Source: Rotaria sordida (taxonomy: Eukaryota). From it: a stretch of DNA of 17,151 nt. The notes under the pieces are model-generated. The model saw only the letters and a list, made by a program, of their open reading frames with translations, ran no database searches and was not told where the DNA came from. A program made the translations under genes and the position numbers. Positions 9,905 to 17,151 of this stretch are shown piece by piece (the stretch's first letter is position 1; each line of letters opens with the position of its first letter). Location: assembly GCA_905250005.1 (NCBI GenBank), contig CAJNOH010001645.1, positions 14,850 through 32,000 of the forward strand. Reading direction: 5' to 3'.

Positions 9905-10835
9905 CCAGTTATAAGCCTCAGCCGATGACTGTGATACCAAGGCTGAGCGATTTCGGAATCACTAGGAATTCTGCGGAATTCCTTGCGACTCCGGATCCGT
10001 ACGATACCCGGAATTACATCCAGTTGTAAGCCTCAGCCGATCACTGTGATGCTAAGGCTGAGCGATTCCGGAATCGCTAGGAATTCCGCGGAATTCCTTC
10101 CAAATCCTTGCGATTCCGGATCCGTAAGATACCCGGAATTACATCCAGTTATAACGCTCAGCCGATGAGTGTGATACGAAGGCTGAGTGGTTCCGGAATC
10201 ACTAGGAATTTCGCGGAATTCCTTGCGACTCCGAATCCGTAAGATACCCGGAATTCTGTCCCGGAATTACATCCAGTTATAAGGCTCAGCAGATGAGTGT
10301 GATACCAAGGCTGAGCGGTTCCGGAATCACTTGGAATTCCGCGGAATTCCTTGCAATTCCGGATCCGTAAGATACCCGGAATTACATCCAGTTATAAGGC
10401 TCAACCCATGAGTGTGATTTGAAGGCTGAGCGGTGCCGGAATCCCGCGGAATTCCTTGCGAAACCTTGCGATTCCGGATCCGTCCAATATCCGGAATTCT
10501 GTCCCGGAATTACATCCAGTTATAAGCCTCAGCCGATCACAGTGATGCTAAGGCTGAGGGGTTCCGGAATCACTAGAAATTCCGCGGAATTCCTTGCAAA
10601 TCCTTGCGATTCCGGATCCGTCCAATACCCGGAATTACATCCAGTTATAAGCCTCAGCCGATCACTGTGATACTAAGGCTAAGCGATTCCGGAATCACTA
10701 GGAATTCCTTCCAAATCGTTGCGATTCCGGATCCGTACGATACCCGGAATTCCATCCAGTTGTAAGCCTCGGCCGATGGCTGTGATACCAAAGCTGAGCG
10801 ATTCCGGAATCACTAGGAATTCCGCGGAATTTCTT
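9905..10835. repeat. GC-rich tandem array, about 7.7 copies with units of 115, 125 or 128 bp
   Basis: The shared phrase CCAGTT(A/G)TAA starts at 9905, 10020, 10145, 10273, 10388, 10516, 10641 and 10756, giving unit lengths 115, 125, 128, 115, 128, 125, 115 and a final partial copy. Units share CTCAGCCGAT..GTGAT...AAGGCTGAGCG, ATTCCGGAAT, GGAATTCCGCGGAATTCC and CCGGATCCGT. Confidence 0.95.
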
Positions 10836-10840
10836 CTTGT

Positions 10841-10864
10841 CAAGTTTGTGAACCATCAAACTTG
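10841..10864. other. Short perfect hairpin at the right edge of the array
   Basis: CAAGTTTG (10841-10848), loop TGAACCAT, CAAACTTG (10857-10864). Confidence 0.6.
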
Positions 10865-10870
10865 CCCTTT

Positions 10871-10980
10871 GGTGTGAGTGTGGGAGTGGTTGTTTATTGC
10901 TTACTCACACCCGCACTCACCCACACCTACACCTCCATCAACATAACCACACACCCATACGCAAACCCTCTCCCCATACC
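10871..10980. repeat. Telomere-like foldback cluster C
   Basis: Left arm GGTGTGAGTGTGGGAGTGG (10871-10889); C-rich right arm CTCACACCCGCACTCACCCACACCTACACC from about 10904, degenerating to about 10980. Confidence 0.7.
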
Positions 10981-12847
10981 GACTTCCCATCACACTCACA
11001 TCGCAATTACTGGAGACGGTGTATCTCTAGTTTTATTGGATTTGGTAGTTTTCGCTTATAAATTCATTCGGCGAAATTCGTTATCAGTTTAAAAAAATCT
11101 CTTTTAGCAAAGTTGCAGTCGGCGAAAAACATCAGTAAATATGACAAAAAATTGTTTTGACACCTATCTGTAACGTTAGTTGACTTTTAGATAAACATAG
11201 ATAACAAAATGATGTCGGTTCTATTATCTTCTCCATGTTCTGAATGCATCTTATCGCGCACAATTCATTATCAAGAAGCTAGGCAAGTATTGAAAAATTT
11301 TACTTTCATTGTTTTTTCTTATTCTTTGTATCACTCTAAGAATTGGTCACATCAAGTTGTACAAGACAAGTGAGTTTAAGGAATTCAATAATACTCTGAA
11401 TCAGTAATGAAGGACGATATATTATAAAAGTTAGACTAGTCATGGCATGTATAGAACATTTTCCTGACTAACTCGCACAGTTGCTGAAAGAAGTTTGACA
11501 TTATTCATCGCATTTTCTAAAATCAGTTTTTATTTGTATTAGTTGGTGAACGACTGTGTTTCTGATGTTGAGAGTATTTAAACAGACGTCAGGCTTTTTG
11601 TAAGACGTGTCATAAGATTTTGGTATCCCTGTATTATTGAGTATTGTCGGGTTGTATATTCCAGCTCACTTTTGTCATTTTTTTTATTATTTATATTTTA
11701 TCGACTAGTCTGAATCGGATACATAGACAAATGAACAAGACATTATGAGGTTCAGCGACATTTTGGACTAGTCAAGACGTGGTTTGCATGATCCTTCTTG
11801 TGATGATGACAGGGATGGGAAATACTGAGGAAACTTTAGACAAGAGCTGACAGGCATTGTTGACATTATGTACTTTTTATTATCCGTCTTCGTTAGTTTT
11901 TTGCTTCCTTGGGTATCTACCAAAGTAACTGATAGTATGTACTATTTTGGTTTCTTGGTACAGCTGCTCATCGGTGCCGATAACTTACTATTTCAGTGTT
12001 CTAAAAATAAAAATTTACTATTGTGTAACCCAAGAGCTAATGTCTGCGCCAAAATTAAAAAATGGTGGTGGCAAGTCAGATAACTCGAGAACGGCATTAG
12101 CTAGGTGCCTACGAGTTCCAGCAATCGACAGAGGAGATTCGGAGATGTTTTTTTTGCCGGATGCCACAGAAGAGGAAAATTATTTTGAAATGTATCATAT
12201 TATCAAAACATTCAATAAAAAGTATGAAGACGATTTCCTATTTCGGTCTAATTTTGAGTTTGACATGTTTCACACAGAGGACGTGAAATCTGGTGCTCAA
12301 GGGATGATCCAAGTGATCATCTTCTCATGTTGCAAATATCAAGAAACTTAACCGTGCATATATGCAAACAAATTACGTAGAATTCTATAGATTTTTAGCA
12401 ATTTTTTAAATTTTTAATGAAAATTTCCGTAAAGTGGAGCATACTTTTTTATACTGCGTTCTGAATGTTTCACAAAGAAAAATAATTTCAAACTGATTTG
12501 GTCTTCTATAGTATCTAGCAAAAAGGCATCTCAGACTCTCCTCTGTTGACTGTTGAAACCCCTAGATCGATAGTTAATGTTCTTCTCGAATTATATGACT
12601 TGGATCCAACCCTCTTTAATTCTGAAGCTGGCATTGGTAAATGGGTGATTTTCTATTGTCCAAGTAGTTGATAATGAACCCGCTACCACTAGCTGTAACC
12701 GGTAAATGGTCGAGTTGCCGACTAGCAAACAATTGATGTATCACCAACTACCAGATATTTTGCTAAGTCAACGCAAGTCATTTCCTCTAGAACACCATGA
12801 TTGTCAGTTAACATCATGTGTTAGCTACTTTACAGAAGCATGATAAT

Positions 12848-13007
12848 GGTGGGTGTGGGTACGGATGTGGGTAAAATATTAGCCGATAGAAGATTGAACT
12901 ACACCCACCAACCCATACCTAAGCCCCATGCACACCTCCACCTACATCCCACACGCACAATCACATCCATCCTTATACGCACATCTCCAGACCGACATCT
13001 ACACCCC
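12848..13007. repeat. Telomere-like foldback cluster D
   Basis: Left arm GGTGGGTGTGGGTACGGATGTGGG (from 12848); right arm ACACCCACC (12901-12909) is the exact reverse complement of 12848-12856, followed by a long CA/CCC-rich tract up to the MITE-like element. Confidence 0.65.
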
Positions 13008-13010
13008 AGT

Positions 13011-13438
13011 TCTCACCGTCAAGCTAACAAATTTAAAATATGACGTGCTTGTAGCATGTGTACCGTGAGACATCCCACTTTTCATTGAATTCTCCCTTTG
13101 AGGGTGGACTGTGAAGTGTGAGATGTTGGAGGTGGAGTGGGTATGGTTGTGGGATGTGGATAGGGTTTGAATGCAGGTGTGCTCCAATCTTCTGTCAACT
13201 CATATTCCACCCACGTTCACATATTCACACCAACATTCACACCCATGATCGCCTATACTCACCTCCATACCCATTCCTATAGTCACATTCACACCCACAC
13301 GCATACCCACATTCCATATCCTACACCAAACACCTCACACCCCACCCTCAAAGAGGAAATTTGCTGAAAAATTGAATATCTTACGCTACGCATGCCATAA
13401 GCGCGCCATATTTTAAATTTGTTAGTTTGGCGGTGAGA
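13011..13438. mobile_element. MITE-like / foldback element, 428 bp, with 97-nt terminal inverted repeats and telomere-like internal arms (cluster E)
   Basis: 13011-13107 TCTCACCGTCAAGCTAACAAATTTAAAATATGACGTGCTTG...CTTTGAGGGTGG aligns without gaps to the reverse complement of 13342-13438 TCTCACCGCCAAACTAACAAATTTAAAATATGGCGCGCTTA...CTTTGAGGGTGG, 78/97 identical by hand. The interior is a G-rich arm followed by a long C-rich arm. Confidence 0.8.
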
Positions 13439-16400
13439 CCTTTATTTTGACCCGAATACGTCCAATTTCTCTAACTTACAATACAGATCCCTCCATTATT
13501 AGTTAAGTAACGGTCGCTTCCCTCCTCCATATGACTACACTACTGAATGAAAATGTTTCCTCAAACTTTATGAACTACAAACATTATGACATTAACAAGA
13601 TATGTGCCTATCTCGAAAAATGGAGATCAGCAGCAAAATATGCTCCGCAAGCACGCTAGATGCTGCAGAGTAATGATATGCGCAGTTCTGATTCATTTTG
13701 AATCTCATAATTTTTCTGAAGCAAGAATTTTCTACATCTAGACTTCGTGGTTTTCTAGTTCCATACCTTGGCCCTATATGATCGAAATTTAATTGAAACT
13801 GATTGAATTACTGGATATTGCGAAGTATCCTACTGTTAGTGTCGATGCGCAAAAACACCCGGTAGATCGCACTCTGCAGGCCGTGATCTGATCAAATTAT
13901 GATAAATTGTCTTTATGTCAGTTCACAAGCACTCATCTATTCTTTCCCATTGATCTCCAAAATTTTCAAAACATGAATTCTTTATTAAAGATAAAATGTG
14001 TTTGTAGAAAATAAAGTTATGGAAATAGATGCAGACACTAGAATGTTCCAGATATTGACCTAATATTGTGAATACACATCCAATATGTATGTGAATCTGT
14101 TTTCTTTTAAAGAGTTGTAAGATTCACCAAGTATGATGGAAGCACAGAAAAAGTTTATAAGTGGATAAATTTATCATTTTTCAAACTTGACAAGAAGTGC
14201 CCATGAGAACGAGACTTGATATCTTTTTTTCAATCACTCATTCGAATCTACAAAGTTGTCAAAAACTTCCTCATAGCTTTTGACTAGATAGACAAATATC
14301 AGTTGATTATTCTATAGAAGCCAAACTCTATTGTAACATAGTTTTGAAATATTTAAAAGAACGAACAACTGCGTTCGAATTGAAATATATTCTATGTTAA
14401 AGTTTCTATTTTGCTTTCCATGGCATACTTATAACGAGAATTTTTTTATTATTTTATTGCAGAGCAAAAGTATCCACATCCACGTTAATAACTCATCAGA
14501 AATATGAAGCCAATATGCTGCGTATTCAAATTTTTCATATCTATTACAAGATTTTCATGTTTTATATATCTTCATTTGTCTGCAGTAAGGGAAATATTTC
14601 TGAGAATTTCAGACAGAAATAGAAGAGTATCGATTAAAGCTTTTAGGCATCATTGGAGTTCATTTGAATAGCCTTCAACACATTGTAACTAACATAATGC
14701 GATTTAGTAACTGTATAATGCACCGATACTCACAAGGAAGTTGTTTTAGCGCTACAACAGTACAGTCAATGTCAATCGAATTCGGATCATATATAGTCAG
14801 TGTATCGAATTGCAAAAGCGAAAATTTTTGACTCATAATGTCTTTACCTTCGTAGGTTATAGAGTCCCTAGTGAAACAGAATCGCCATATCATTACTCTG
14901 CTGTACCCAGTTGAATAACGACACGGTTTTGTAAACATCATTTATGATTATAGGATTGGAAATGCAGTGAAAGAGCAGATAAAGAAAAAGACGACGTTCA
15001 TGAGACTCGAACCGACATCTTCTGCTATCCGGGCAAATGTATTAAGCCAATAAAATCAGAAAGCGTATCTTAATATGAGTTTAGCATCGCACTTTATCAT
15101 CGCTGACACGAACAGAATTTTGATATGGATCTATATTTAATGGATCGAGTCTGTGTGAGTAAGAGTTAAGAAAAGAGCTATATCAACTCCTCCTCCCCCG
15201 TTCAAGAAAGAGAATGAGAGAAATAAAAAATTGAAAGTGAGTGATATATTTATTTACCTTAAATGGTTCGAGAGAAAAAACCTATGGAACTGTAGTAAAT
15301 ATATTGACTACTGAGTTAGTTTTTTCAGGAAATAAAAGTAACAAAAATCGCTTTCGTAGAGCCAGGAATCTTAACATTCATCTTATTACAGGCATGTTTT
15401 CATTTTCGAGCGTTAACACAGGACTTTTCGTCATCTTCAGTCACTTGGCTTCAAATTTCAGACATTTTGAAACTTGAGGACGCTATACTAAACCCTTGAT
15501 CCGAATATAGATGATGCCATAAGAATATTTTAAATGTGCTCAATATATATAGTCTTCGTAGAGAATACAAAAAATATGGGAATCTACATTTCCAACTTTT
15601 AAAGAATAACTGTTTGTTTATTCTGTTTCTTAACGTGCTGGAAATGAATCCTTTCCCATATCTACTACTTCTAATATTCTATCTTCAATACGACTAGGCA
15701 TACACTAAACCCAAATCGTTTTGGTTTGGGTATTGAGTTTGTGCCTGGATTTGGGTTTGAGTTCTGTGTCTGTTTAGCTAGTACATTGTATTGAAGTAGA
15801 CATTATTCTAATAGTAAATCCTAATGTCTATAACTGTATGACTGAGTAGATATAACTGTTCTTAGGCTATCCTATGGCAATGCACATAGCTCATCATCGG
15901 TTACTCCTAGGAAGGTATCCGTAACTCTTGGTGACGCATCACGGAGAGGCGGGGGCGGAAGGGGGGATAATTAGAACTATTTGCTATACTAGTGTTGTGC
16001 CCATAACTCTTCTTAGGATGTAGTAATATAGTCATAAGTCGTCAATGAAGTGCGAAATAATCAGAGACGTATCGAAGAACCCCATTTGATTGACCACTGC
16101 CATAACCATTCTTGAAATCTTAAGATCCGATTTTCCGTTCAGAAAGTGCCTATGTAACGACGTCATTGTATCCCAAATTTTCTCATATCTGCTTTCCGTT
16201 AAACTGTCTGCTGCTTAAGGAAAAACTATACCTAGTGATAAATGGTAATTCTCACATACTCGAACTAAATATCTCCCGATTTAGACCCAAACCGACAAAA
16301 AATAAGCCTAAGTAGCATTGTCGGTCTATCCAAAAAGCCAGTACATGTCAAATCATGCCTAATCCCTGTCTAAGTCCCATTATACACAATGAAATGAGTT

Positions 16401-17151
16401 TAATCCCAACACTTTTTACGCATGCCATGTTGACTATGTCCAAACTCAGCACGCCACCGAGGTACACGTGGAAAACATGCTCGGGATTCCTCAGTTGTCA
16501 CTTGAACAGCTATGGTCACCGGACAAAAACACCCGTTACAACGTGATAAAAAACACTTGTTAGCGCAGCCACTTTGAGAATGGAACGTGAAGCTTACGTA
16601 TGGCCTCAAGCTTAATTCTATCAACACACATATGTAACTTGCAAAACCTGTAGCATATTTTAGCTGTTTTACAAGACAACTGATCAGTGAAAAAAATTAT
16701 GTTGCTTATTTTTTTCTCATATATTCTTAAAGTGTATAATAGGGAACTGTCTGAAATGGAGGCATCTCTATAATAGGTGGGGAGGGGGAGTCTGAAAACC
16801 TAACACTTAAAACTTACACTCACTATTTTCTTCGAAAATACCTGCGAGTTTCACAATATAAATCAAAGCAATCTCCCAACAACACGTACTCTGAATCCCT
16901 AATTACCTATCAGAAAGATATGGGATCCACGCAAAACAGGCCTTGAACCGAAAAAAGCTAAACCTTCGAAAGCCACGCGAGACTTACGAGATTCTTTTTA
17001 TACTCTGTAAAAACTTCAATGTACCTTAATAAATCCTAGTAAGAAACAGAAGCAGCCCGTACGATAGCTCACGGAGCAATATAGCTACGTATCCATACTC
17101 CATTCCCTCTTCCCTTCTCCCTCTGAATGGATTTCTTTGAGGACTTATGGC

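Noticed and set aside
9826-10670. Several plus-strand ORFs (9826-10029, 9983-10168, 10419-10670) with repeated ITSSYKPQPITVMLRLSD...PRNSAEFL peptides
   Set aside because: The apparent peptide repeat is the tandem DNA array read through; different units use different frames because unit lengths vary (115/125/128, not multiples of 3).
11868-12351. Overlapping ORFs of 71 and 134 aa
   Set aside because: The stretch EENYFEMYHIIKTFNKKYEDDFLFRSNFEFDMFHTEDVKSGAQG looks protein-like and may be a decayed exon, but there is no family match I can name and no consistent gene model.
9570-13353. CRISPR-like interpretation of the repeat clusters or tandem array
   Set aside because: Eukaryotic context with introns; the array has contiguous units without unique spacers, and foldback clusters are irregular.
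12840-13367. Histidine/threonine-rich ORFs (HTHTHTHI, HLHLHPT) on both strands, also 4368-4580 and 10862-11092
   Set aside because: Low-complexity translations of CACACCC/TGTGGG-like repeats, not proteins.
14675-14941. 88-aa minus-strand ORF
   Set aside because: Length compatible with chance; composition uninformative and no splice-supported extension found.
15944-15969. G-rich tract GGCGGGGGCGGAAGGGGGG as a possible three-tier G-quadruplex
   Set aside because: Only two runs reach three or more G; at best a weak two-tier motif without supporting context.

Overview
This AT-rich eukaryotic window is most consistent with a bdelloid rotifer genome. That assignment is inferred from an F-box protein resembling the expanded bdelloid family, 50-73 nt GT-AG introns and TGTGGG-like telomere-type motifs. 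Supported content: (1) an intact 3-exon F-box gene on the minus strand (5638-7394, about 539 aa after splicing). (2) A divergently oriented tyrosine recombinase ORF (7783-8631, open upstream to 7708) with all recognisable catalytic motifs, but 6 residues shorter than expected between HxxR and GRW. (3) A previously unpredicted small 3-exon gene on the minus strand (3260-3711, 113 aa, function unknown). (4) A GC-rich tandem array at 9905 to about 10835, with 8 units of 115, 125 or 128 bp, densely packed with palindromes and bracketed by telomere-like foldbacks. (5) Six foldback clusters, each with a G-rich (TGTGGG-like) arm on the left and a C-rich arm on the right. One of these is the core of a 428-bp MITE-like element (13011-13438) with 97-nt ungapped terminal inverted repeats at 78/97 identity. 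The first 3.2 kb and last 3.5 kb show no convincing genes. The most unusual material is the foldback family together with the tandem array. The recombinase ORF is a mobile-element relic or captive gene.
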